DNA from: Rhizophagus irregularis
Lineage: Eukaryota
Direction of reading: 5' to 3'
DNA length: 64,000 nucleotides
Assembly: GCF_026210795.1 (NCBI RefSeq)
Contig: NC_089431.1
Span: 372,001 to 436,000 of the forward strand
In this document: positions 1 through 12,165 of the stretch, piece after piece
Layout of the letters: each line of letters begins with the position of its first letter
How positions within the stretch are numbered: position 1 is the first letter of the stretch
The notes under the pieces: model-generated
The model's input: only the letters and a program-made list of their open reading frames with translations
Databases searched by the model: none
Told to the model about the DNA's origin: nothing
Made by a program: the position numbers and the translations under genes

Positions 1-63
1 TTTAGCTAATCTTGTTTCGACCGAAAACCGAAAAGAAAAAAACCTATAATAAATTATACATAC

Positions 64-325
64 CACCACCCCAAAATATTTGTATGAGTAAATAACCTTC
101 TAACGTTAAAAAACCTTTTATTCTAAATAATTTTGTATCCGGTCTACTATAAAGACGCCATGATAATAACCATATAGAACATAAGAATATAAAAAGTGAT
201 AAATAAGTTGTTACTCCATATACCACTTGAAAATATTCTTGACCGAAACAATTTGATACATTTATTGTCCATTCGCAATTAGATGTTTGTGATGAATTAT
301 ATTGTGAAGAAGAAGATGATGACAT
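64..325 (-). CDS. First exon of a predicted multi-pass membrane protein; the gene continues beyond the window start
   Basis: ATG at 325; hydrophobic segments YGVTTYLSLFIFLCSIWLLSW and GYLLIQIFWGG; donor G|GTATGT at 63. Confidence 0.6.
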
Positions 326-3129
326 ATTTAAATTATTATATTAGGTATAAAGGATTATATACAATTATTTACAAAAAGGGTGAGAAAATATTTTTTTTTT
401 TTATTTCGTTGTTAAGAAATCGAAGGTTTTTATATCTAAAAAATTAACATAGACTAAAAAAGGACTAATTTAGGTAACAAGATAAAAAAAAAAATAAAGT
501 TTTTATTTGTTTATTCCCAATATTTTTTTATTTTCGGTTTTTTAAAGAGAAAATATAATAAAATATTTTCTCAATAAAATTCCGAAATAAAAAAATAGGT
601 ATTTTATTAATTAGCTGAAAAGGAGAGAAAAAATTTTTTTTTTTCGAACCCAGGTAAAAAATGGGCGGATTAAATCATGTTTTGATGGTAACATAAATGC
701 GAGGAGGATTTCACAAAATAGAAAGTAGTATCGTAATATAAATAATTTATTTATTTAGTGATGATAATCTGCAACATACTTTCTCAATGCATAAAAGTAT
801 AACAAATAATCCATTTATGCAATAATGCAATCAAATTTGCGTCATTACCTACTTTACAATATACAATGAACTATTTAAGTATTTATTTATTTATATTATA
901 AAAATATATATTATATTAACCTATAAATAATAAGTTCTTACTTATTATGGAGAATGAATTAAATATTAAAAATAGTGAATGTGTGGCGTACATTTTTATC
1001 ATATACAAATCAAATACAGTACTAATTCAAACTTTTACCAAACGGATGATAGCTTAAAACTGTGGCTTGGCAAATAGTTACACAATGCGGAGACAATGAT
1101 GTTAAGTGTTTGTACCGATTTTTTGCTTTGCATAATATGTTCGTTTCAAGTAAAAACCGAAAGGCGAAAGAATCATTATCATCATATTTTTTTACCAAAG
1201 TTTTATAATTATTCTTGGCAGTGTTACGGCTGTGTTATATTAATCCTTAATCTTTTAGCGTTCATTCATTCATCATTATCAACAATAACAACAACTTCAG
1301 CTTCTTATTTGTTTATTTATGTGCACAGCCAATGATATTTTGTTAAAATTGGACGGGAATTATTAAATTTATTCATCATTCATGACCAACTAATACCTTT
1401 CGTAAGTGAAAAAAATCAATAGTTCCAAATAAGTCGTAATTATCATGAATTATTATGTAAGTTGTAAGTTGCTCGTGACAAGGTTCCAGTGTTTTCCCTG
1501 CATATAATCATCATGATTTTCTTGAAAAATTCCCCAATTAGTAAATAATTAAAAAGTATGAAACATGTGAAACGACTTCTGGAACGTTCCCATTCTCAAA
1601 CACTTCATGACCTTGTCACGCAATTCATGACCTTGTCACGCGATGTGTTACATGAAACACGGCTGAAAAATTCTTGTAATTTGCTAAAATTAGTTTTTGC
1701 AAGGCTAGGGTTTCCGTATTGTAACACAATATTGTGGCTTCTTTTTTTTTATGTAGTGATATAAAATAAGGCGTTAGTTTAGTGTGGGGAATATATATTA
1801 AACAAGTTTTTTGGCGGGAATTCTCTTAATTTTTTCCAACCTTCTATTTTAATAATATTATTTTCCCTTATTAACCGACGTTTTAAATTTCTTTGTTTTT
1901 TTTTCAATCACCTTGTCTTAAAAATACCGTTGTTTTTTTTTAAAAGAGTTGTACAACATTTTCGTTAATGGATAAAAATTTCTTATTATGTAAAACAAAA
2001 TAAACCATTGTCATTAAACAATTTTACTAAATTTTTTTCACAAGTAAAAAATTTCTTATGAACAATATAAGAAAATATTAATGTACCATATTTGGAATTC
2101 TCAAAAGATTATCAGGTACCGGAAAATCTTAATACTTAAACTAGTTTTCAACATATTAAAACAAATAAAACATAAATAATAAATTACCCTTGTTTATCTG
2201 TTATACTGTATTTGCTAATAATCCGGAATTAATATTTTTTTTCGGGGTGAATTTTTTCAATATAATAAATTTTTCCTATTGTTGATAAGTAAATAAAGAA
2301 ATTTTCATTTACGTAATAATATTATGTCAATAAAGTTTGTAAAAAAATTAGTTATTTATTATTTATTATTTTTAATAATTTATTTTCTATAAAAAATTAT
2401 CAAAAATAAAAATTACCAAAATTACCAAAATTTTATTATCGTGAGAACAAATAGATAAACATGAGATATTGTACTTTTTAAAAAATTATATTATTATTAC
2501 ATTTTTTTGAACTTTTTTTGATTGGTATCCCTAATTGCGTAATATATTTCGAAATTAGTAGTGGCCTGTGCTTTTCTTTGTTAAATTAAATTGTATATAT
2601 AAATTACCCAATTTAAAGAAATTATTAATCCTCAATTGTATAAACAAAAATTGTACATATTATACTTTTTTTGAAAATTATTAATTTTTTTTAATTTATC
2701 TTTTAACGAAGATTGAATTTCCCAAGAAATCAAAAATTAATGTTCTCAATTTTTGATTGGTATCTTTTAAAATAATAAATAAATAATTAATTAAGTAAAA
2801 GAAAATCCCTTTTGTTTCAATATTATTATTACTTATTTATTAGTGACGTTAGTAAAAAATGAATGAGAAAAAATTTTATATTGTATTTTATGCAAATTGA
2901 AATTAAAATTTCCTTTTTTGCTCTTTACAATAATTAAAGTTCATTTTTTTTTATAAATAAATTTGAGAATAATTGAATAGTAACCTTCCATTGTAGAGTT
3001 TGTAATTGTGCATACGTTAATTGCGCTAAGCTGATTTGTAATTCCTACCAGAATTATTATCATAATTTTACTGAGACTCTAAAAAGTGAAAAATCAGACG
3101 ATCCGACCGATCCGTGACCGTAGTCAAAA

Positions 3130-5710
3130 ATGGCTAGTTTGATACCATCTTAATATGCGAAGTCGAAATTTCTCTTGGAAATTGCTCAAGAATTACGTAC
3201 AAGATTCTTGAACAACACATTTCGAAATGTTTAGAAATGTGCCTCCTCTTGTGTTAATGATGTTAATAATTGGTTTGCGAGTATATGCTATTTTTTTTAA
3301 GCAATTGGAATAAGGTGAACGTAATTCTTATTATTTTTTAATTTTCAATCGAATATTTTAATTAAAGTTGGATATTTTATGGGCCCGGAAGGAAAATTAA
3401 TTATTAGATATTTTTATTTATTGGGTTGTAAGGGTTATTATTTGTTGAAAATAATTAAATTACTTGTAACTTTTAAAATCATTATTAGACTTGGTCAAAA
3501 TCAATAAAAGTACTTTTTATTCATTCATGTTTAAATTCAAAAAACTAATTTCAAATTCTTTATTCATCAGTATTGTTGCTTTATAATCTGGAATGAGTGA
3601 TCTGATCTCAATTAATTTGATGAAAATCGCATTAATCAAACATATTGGACTTGAAACAATTTAACGTGTTGGAATGTTCTATGGTTGGTAATACTTGGAA
3701 TATGAATAATTAAAATTCTTTCTAATGATCCTAATTATATTTTGATATATTAAGTACTATCATATCGCTTTCAATGTTTCATCAGATCTTAAGATAGGAA
3801 ATCTGATTATTTGTTCAAGGTATGTATAATGTTTTTGATTAATTTATGAGATTATTTACGTTCTTCATTATCAATAAAGTTCAGTTCAAATCCTAATAGT
3901 TCAGATCTTTGAAACTTATCGGAACTTGTTCTCCCGAGAAACGTTCAATAACAAAAGGTTGAAATCATTAATACGTTTGAAGAGATTTTTTGTTAAATAG
4001 AAGTTCATAGCATCTTAGACCTTGTCTTTATCATCATCAAATAAATATATTAGCTTCAATATCGCATTGGCCCCAACTCCACCAAATACATTGGCTTCAA
4101 CATCATCAAATACATTGGCTTCAACTCCATCAAATACAATGGCGTCAACTCCACCAAATACATTGGCTCCAGCATCATCAAATACATTGGCGTCAACTCC
4201 ACCAAATACATTGGATTCAAAATCATTAAATACATTGGCTTCAACTTCATCAAATACATTAGCGTCAACATCATCAAATAACATATATTTGGTTTCAACA
4301 TCATCAAATACATTGGCTTCAACTTCATCAAATACATTAGCGTCAACATCATCAAATACATTGGCTTCAACATCATCAAATAAATTGGCTCCAACATCGT
4401 CAAATACGCTTGCTTCAACATCCTCAAATACATTGGCTTCAACTCCACAAAATACATTGGCGTTAACTTCATCATCAAATACATTGACTTCAACATCAAA
4501 TACCTTGTCTTTAACGTCATCAAATACATTGGCTTCAACTGCACCAAATACATTAGCGTCAACATCATCAAATACATTGGCTCCAGCATCATCAAATACA
4601 TTGACTTCAACATCAAATACCTTGTCTTTAACGTCATCAATTACACTGGCTTCAACTGCACCAAATACATTAGCGTCAACATCATCAAATAACATATATT
4701 TGGCTCAAAATACATTGCCTTCAGCATCATCAAATACATTGGTTTCAACTGTACCAAATACATTAGCGTCAACATCATCAAATAACATATATTTGGCTCA
4801 AAAATACATTGCCTTCAGCATCATCAAATACATTGGTGCCAATATCATCAAATACATTGGCTTCGACATCATTCAACATCATCAAATATATTAGCTTCAA
4901 CTTCATCAAATAAATTGGCGCTAACATTATCAATTACATTGGCTTCAACTCCACCAAATACATTAGCGTCAACATATATTTGGCTCAAAAATACATTGCC
5001 TTCAGCATTATCAAATACATTGGTGCCAATATCATCAAATACATTGGCTTCAACTCCACCGAATTCATTGGCTTCAACTTCATCAAATACATTGGCTTCA
5101 ACTCCACCGAATTCATTGGCTTCAACTTCATCAAATATATTAGCTTCAACTTCATCAAATCATTCAAATCATACATTGGCTTCAACTCCATCAAATACAT
5201 TGGATTCAACATCATCAAATACATTGGCTTCAACTTCATCAAATAAATTGGCGCTAACATCATCAATTACATTGGCTTCAACTCCACCAAATACATTAGC
5301 GTCAACATCATCAAATAACATATATTGGCTTCAACATCATCAAATACATCAACATCATCAAATACGTTGGCGTCAACTTAATCAAATAAATTGGCGTCAA
5401 CTCGTCAACTTCATCAACTTCAACGTCATCAAATCCAAATTTACAAAATAATAGAAATATAATAAAATTATGGCAAGTGTTTGATAGACTTTCAGTCTTC
5501 CGGTCTGTATATAATTATTAAAAATTTTTTACTATGATCAAATGAAATAACAATTTGATTAATTTGCAGAACGAACGATAGAGGGAGCTATTAAGCAAAC
5601 AATTTACTTGCATCTTGAATTTACATAAAATCAAATTCCCAACTTTGTTAATTCATGGTGAAGCTGATGAAGTAATCTCTATTTGGGAAAGTGAATTTAT
5701 TTCTTGTTGA
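3130..5710 (+). pseudogene. Alpha/beta-hydrolase pseudogene, intron-containing, interrupted by a minisatellite
   Basis: Ordered degenerate motifs: ATG 3130; NVPPLVL (~3237); LIKHIGL/KQFNVLECSMVG (~3632-3688, decayed GxSxG elbow); YHIAFNVSSDLKIGNLIICS (~3757-3818); LHKIKFPTLLIHGEADEVISI (~5620-5685). Several stops and frameshifts; no C-terminal catalytic His segment seen. Confidence 0.7.
4030..5430. repeat. ~1.4-kb minisatellite with a 24-bp unit (tcatcaaatacattggcttcaac-type)
   Basis: Dozens of tandem variants; translates as (SSNTLAST)n on + and (DANVFDEVE)n or (MYLMMLKP)n on -. Confidence 0.95.
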
Positions 5711-6397
5711 TGTAAAAACATTTTGAAACAACATAAATTATTTTATAATAAAAAATGTAATTGCCGTTATCATTTTTAAATTTTAACATTTAAATGTTAA
5801 TATAATGATGTTAATAATTTTTCCAGAGTAATGAAAATTTTGCCTTTATGGTTTAGCAATAAAGCAATATACAAATATATTTTATCGATTAATGATCTTA
5901 TTTTTTGATGGAAACAATAATTTACGATCACGTGCTATAATATTCATTCTTGAAAAACCTAAAATTTAAAATCTCTTATCTGTTATACCCATATTTATAC
6001 ATAAAACTTGCACGCAGCCACTTCTCTTGCCGAAGACCTTGGACTCGATCTTGTAGACATCTATGGAATCCGTAAATAGACCCAAATGCAAGCTTCACCC
6101 CTCAATGACCCCGACATAGTAGCAGAGATGGTCAATATATGGTTAAAAAAGCTAATTTAACGAAAATTTACATTTTTTATATAAATTATATTAAGAAAAT
6201 ATCTTCACATGACAACAATAAAACCAATAATTACGAAAAATCAGGTGCGTAAATAGTCAAGGACGAAAGAAAATATCTGAAAAATTATAATACAATACCA
6301 GATAGAGAAAGATAAATTCCAAGGTGAGCAAGCATTAAGAAAAAATGAAACTTAATCCTCAAAATAAATACCTTAACACTCGTTCACTGGAACATAT

Positions 6398-6623
6398 TCA
6401 CTTGCTATAAGGAGGAGGATTATCAGATGCTTGTTGATTGAAGTTCCTAACTACAAATAAACAAAAATTTGTTAACAAACGATCACATTTAAAATTGTAA
6501 GGCAAAAAATGTTTACCCTATGGATTCTCTCTTGACAATATTATTGAATGGAACATCACTTATTTTATGAAGCCACTCTTCAATGTTAAGCCTTGAATTC
6601 GTCCGGTAAACATAACTAAACAT
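6398..6623 (-). CDS. Putative 51-aa two-exon small protein with a C-terminal PPPY motif
   Basis: Exon 6623-6517, 70-nt GT..AG intron 6516-6447, exon 6446-6398; spliced product MFSYVYRTNSRLNIEEWLHKISDVPFNNIVKRESIGNFNQQASDNPPPYSK*. Confidence 0.5.
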
Positions 6624-7444
6624 AACTGAATATTCTACAATCCCAAAACACTTGTAATATAAAAAAAAAGGAACAGAGTTGAAATATTAATAAAAAGTAC
6701 TTGCATTTTTTGTTTATCAAATTGATATTTTAATCAAAAAAGAAGCAGCGTCTCTCAAGAAAAGTAACACCTTCACTTGCAAAAATTTTGAAGAAGTTAT
6801 TATTTTGCGTCTGGGTCCGGTGGGCGTTGCAAAAAAAAAAAAGAAATCTTGTGGTTATTTATATAAAATAACCCACTTAAAGACGCCAAAAAAGTTTACT
6901 ACATATGATAATCGGTCCAAACGCGGATTCGTTTTTTAGAGTAGCGAAAATTTTCCCTTTATCATATCGTGATCTGAAAACTTTTTATTTAATATATTTG
7001 TTAAAATTTTATCAATATCTTTTCTTGCTGGTTCGATTAATGTAATAGCCGCATTAATCAAATTTCTATTCCAGCCATCTGTTGGAAAATATCAAACCTT
7101 TCTTCCAGTCCTCAATCCACTTATTCCCTTAATGGTTATATTCATTATAATTCTAATCAGTTCCATTATTATATATCTTTACTATATTTCCACCATTATC
7201 CTCAGAACCGATAAGCGGCATGTGGATTCAGGTTTCTAAAGAGTCAAGTGAAAACATTAGAGCTGTAGTAGCAAATACTGGAAATGGAAGACTTAAGAAG
7301 AAATCTACCAGTTATTTCTTTGGAAACAATGCTTTTTATTGTTTCTTCAGATTTTTACAGGTTAGAACATATTTTATGATAGTAAATAACTATTTTGAAC
7401 TATTTTTTGTCATTTTTTAGATTTTGTTGTCTTTGTTCGACATA

Positions 7445-9409
7445 CGTATTTACCGTACCTCATTTTGGTGAAAGAGCTGGCAATGAAGTGCCTATTTGTC
7501 AGCATTGAATCAAATGAATGAACAAAGAAGTGTATGAAAGAGAAGTACCAAACATCAAATACTAAGTTATTTTTTGTTTTGTAAGAAAAAAAATTATTAT
7601 ATATAAAAAAATTTCTTTTTTTTTCGTTAACAAAACACACATTTTATATAAAGTACAAAGTGCAGACGTGGATTTCAGCCAATTCTCCTTAATCATCAAT
7701 GTAATTTCTTTGGGTCATGTTAATTACAATTTATACTGCTATTGTTACATCCTCACCAATGAACTATCAAATGAGTAAAAAAAATATAATACCGAACATA
7801 CAATATAAATAGTAGTTATGGCAATGATGAGTTTCAAAATATTTTTTTAAAGTTAATCTTAATTATTTTTAATTCTTAACTATAGTTAGATAACTCGGGT
7901 AAGACGAAAAAGAGCGAGTGGTGTATAATTTGGCAAGTTTTTTTATTTATCACTTTGAGTAGGGATACCAATACTTTTCCGTAACACCCAGATAATACCT
8001 ATATAGCAGCGATGTAATTCCGCGTAGAGTCAACTATGATTAAACGGTTAGTCCAATTATTTAAAATTTACACGAAACTGCATACCAAACTTGGTATTAC
8101 TAAATTTCAAAATGACGAAATCCTTATCCAGTTATGGAAGATAAAAGATATTTTGTAAAGCACATTTCTATTTAATTCTTTTTAAAAAAGAAATTGGTAC
8201 AAATATTAAAGAAAACAATATCGAAGTTTTTCAAAACTTATGATTTCTAAAAGAAAAGAAATGAAAAAAAAAATGAAATTGAAGAGGAATGATTTTTTTT
8301 TTGTGTTTTTTTTATGTTGTTAAAATAATCTATATTAACACATTTTTTATAATGGTACGTCTAACTATTAGTGCTATGCTTTGAAATGATGTTAAATAGG
8401 TGAAATAATGAGAATAAATAATGCCTAATAAAAAGATTCTAATATGAAAAATTAATAGCTTAGATTTTACCGTCTTCGCTAATTTGGTCAAAGGTAATCT
8501 TGACTTCACCGTTTTTTTCTTTCGATGGACTTTTGTCTTTTTGAGCATTTCTTCTTTAATGATTAAATTAATAAAATTAATAGATTTCTTTAAAAAGTAT
8601 CAATATTGTATTTGTATTTACCTCTTAGTTAATTGATTTAAATTCAAAGGAGAGGCTGTTACGATAGTAGCCATAAGCACAATCAAGAGAGCAAAGAAGA
8701 TTTGACGTGAATTCATTTTTATAGTGTTTGGATATTTTGTGTTGAATATTTAAAATTTCTTTTATTGAAAAATTATTTTTTAAAAAAATTTTGATTTTCT
8801 GAATTAGTGTAGTTCTTAACGATTGGGAAGCCATTTATATATTGATTTTTTTTCAATTGGGCCTATATTCCTTAAATGATCAACAAAACGAATTTATTTA
8901 CCCAAACCGAAATTAATTTTAATAAAGAATTCTCCCAAATTAAATACAAACAATGTATTTTATCTATAAATAATTGGAATAAAACTTTTCAAACATTCTT
9001 TAATCTTTAATATAACGACAACTAATTTAGTCGAGCTTTGTTTTTTTAGATGAGTGATTGGTTGAGCTTGTTTTAGTATTTTTTTGTCGTTTTTTGTTTA
9101 AAAAGGAAAATAAAGAAAATAAAAAATTTTGTCAATCTATTTTGTTGTGTTTGATTTTTAGCTTGTTTTAGAATAGTATTTTTTATTTTGAAAGAAAGCA
9201 AATCGATTTCTAATTTTAGGTTATAGGAGTCCTTGTTAAAGGTTTATTTGTGTAACGATAAATAATAATGCATCACATACTTATGATAGTACAATTTTTT
9301 ATAACAAAGTTTTATGTGAATAAAGATAAAGAACCTGACATTTATAAAAAAAAAATAAAAGAAAAATTGGAAACATAAAAAGCATTATCAGTAAATATAT
9401 AAATCATTC
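7445..9409 (+). repeat. ~1.95-kb dispersed direct repeat, copy 1
   Basis: Aligns by eye with 55044-56981 from cgtatttaccgtacc to aaatcattc; near-identical ORF pairs 8625-8834/56223-56432 and 8330-8548/55926-56144. Confidence 0.95.
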
Positions 9410-10129
9410 TAGAAGAAATTTTTAAGTAACGTAGTACAAGTTTTAATTAGTCCATATTATTTGATTAAATGTAACTTAAAAAAGTTCAAGCACGTGACTG
9501 ATGTGGCGGGTATATATATTTTTTTCTCGCAACGGTCATCTAACTTTGTCTTAAATTTTTATTTCATATTTTGATCTTCTAAAAATCTACATTACCGTAT
9601 TTCACATAAATTTATATAAATATTTATAAATGAAGTTTTTTAGCAGATATGGACTATATAAGTATTCTTATAAACGTTGGATGAATTTATAAGCATTTCT
9701 ATAGCATTACAAACTTATATTTCATATTTCATATATATTTTTATTTATATATATAAGAATTTTATTATCACTTTTAATATTATTAACGTTAAATATGTAA
9801 AATATGTGTAAAAGTGTAAACTTTCTCAGAATAAAATTTTTTAAATACAAACAAACTATCTTTACTATGATAATTTAGTTCCATCTTAAACAAAAACCGA
9901 AAACTCGAATGTTATACAAGATAAAGCCAATCAAAACTCAGTCGCCACATCACGGATCACGTGCCCGAGCTTTTTTACGGTGCTACTGGTGCTAAAGCTA
10001 ACCTTTTTTGCGTCCGTGCACAACATATCGATTCTGAAATATACTTGTGAAAATCATAATTTGACGTGCTTTCCCATCTAAAAAAAAAATAGGGAATAAA
10101 ATAAAATTCATAATGTAATATTTTTGGTT

Positions 10130-10760
10130 AGGGAACACTTTCAACGAATTTTTCGCGCGAAGATTCTTGCCAGGGACCTGGCCTATTGATGGCCACTACA
10201 ACCCAGCGGTTATCGTGAGTGTCGCAGACTCAACCCTGGTTCTAAAGCTCTTCGCATATTGAAATACTGAAAAAAAAGTTTCGATAGTATTATTGTAAAC
10301 TTAACTATTGAAATCAAAGTCAGAGATCTACGAAAATTAAAATTAAAAAAATCATTTTTTTTTTTTACTTATAAAGTTTTCAAAATATTTTCGGAAACTT
10401 GCCTGAAATTTGGATGCTTCAAAATTAGAAGTGTATGCCTAAAAAAAAAGAAGAAAACGAACTGTTAGTAACTGTTTGTGTAAAAAACTCCTCTTCACCA
10501 AATTTCCCTCGTGCTCAAGAGACCAGAAAAATCACAGTTTGTTAAGTAAAGCAAATTAAAGTAAAAAATACTACCGCACAAAATCCTGCATGTTCAAGAA
10601 AAACCTAAAAAAAAGAAACAAATTCGTTGGTTAATGTCTTGTTAAAATTAAATAAAAATTTAAGAAAAAAATACGGAAACTTACAATTCCCAAGAACAAA
10701 CCAAAAGAAAGAAAATAAATGAATGAAGGGGAGAAAAGTTAAAAAAGTCAAAAAAAGTTA
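10130..10760 (-). other. Putative micro-exon chain (short spliced transcript, no evident ORF)
   Basis: Short GC-richer blocks bounded by polypyrimidine-AG acceptors and GT/GC donors: 10604-10575, 10438-10403, 10327-10306, last exon from 10266. Confidence 0.4.
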
Positions 10761-12165
10761 AAAAAGCTTAATAAGTTTAAATCAAGGTGCGGTGTGATAT
10801 ATGCGATAATTTGATATTTGATATTATTACACGCTCATTAGGATTATTTGTGCGGAATTCATTGTACCGATATTTTTGTACTAATCCTAATATCGCGTAT
10901 AATAATATTGTTATTGAACGGGGCTATATCGGCCTTCGGCCGATATTTTGACGCCCGTTCAATAACATACAATTATTATAGACAATGTTTTTTATTATAT
11001 TTATTTCCGCTTTTGGATACAAATCTACAAACAAATTAACAACAAATTCCAAAGTCAGTACAATATTGCTCGCGCATTTTTTACAAAAGTTCTCCCTAGA
11101 AAAATACAAATAAAGTTTTTTCCCTTAATCAGAAATAAATTTCTTGAACGAATTGCTTACAAATCCAATAGAATAAAAAATCTTTTTAATTTTTCTACAA
11201 TAATATCACTTTCCGTGCAAACATAAAGACGTGCTTCGCGTCACTAACCAAAAAGAAGGCTATTTATGCCAACAAATTATTCAACGACCTCAAATGCTTA
11301 ATGTCTAATTTCAAAATTACAGAGTCTTCAAATCCTAAATCCTGCCCAATATCAACCAACGAGCACAATCATTTCTTAAACCTACTATAACTCATTTGTA
11401 ATACAATCTAATACAATCCTAAAATCACATCCAATCCATCAGATCATAAATTTCACATAGTTGTATAAATCTCGATATATAAATAAATAAATTATATTTA
11501 TTACAACGATTTTTCATAATGGAATTCTTTTTATATATTTATTAATGAATAAAAAAAAAATTGGTAAATTTGTTGTCAAACAGTATTTAATGTATCGAAA
11601 AAATATTGGTTTTTTGGTCAATTTTCGATAATTTTAACACTTATTTATCACCTATTTAAGTTAAATATATTACGACCTCGTTATCGATAGTTTCACAACA
11701 CTAGATCATCACGTGCCTGACACTAAATATTAGTGATCTGATAGTAAATAGTATACAATGCGCGAAAAAAATAATTACAATAAAAATATGTTGAAAATCT
11801 TTAATAATTCCTGCAATATAAATCCGTTTGGCAAATAAATTTATTGGGTTACATAGTAAACATATTTACAGTGTGTTAAGAAAAAAATTGACCTCCGAAA
11901 ACTCTTTATTAAACCTTCAATAATGCGTCAATTTTAACATAATATAACTTGTTTGAAAGCTTAAAACTAGTGCTTACCGAAAAGAAAAATATTTATGGTT
12001 GGGTCAGGGAAATTAAAGACAACCATATTTTTCATATTCATCCAATAAGCGATGTTCTGAAAAAAACAAATACATTTTTATGGCGCAGTCTGAAGTATTA
12101 TATTTTTATTAAATTGATGGTAAAAATAATATCATAATTTACAAATAAAAATCTGTAGTAGAATG

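Noticed and set aside
1380..1710. Short repeats ttcatgaccttgtcacgc (twice) with an inverted cgtgacaagg
   Set aside because: Probably a subterminal TE remnant; too short to support a call
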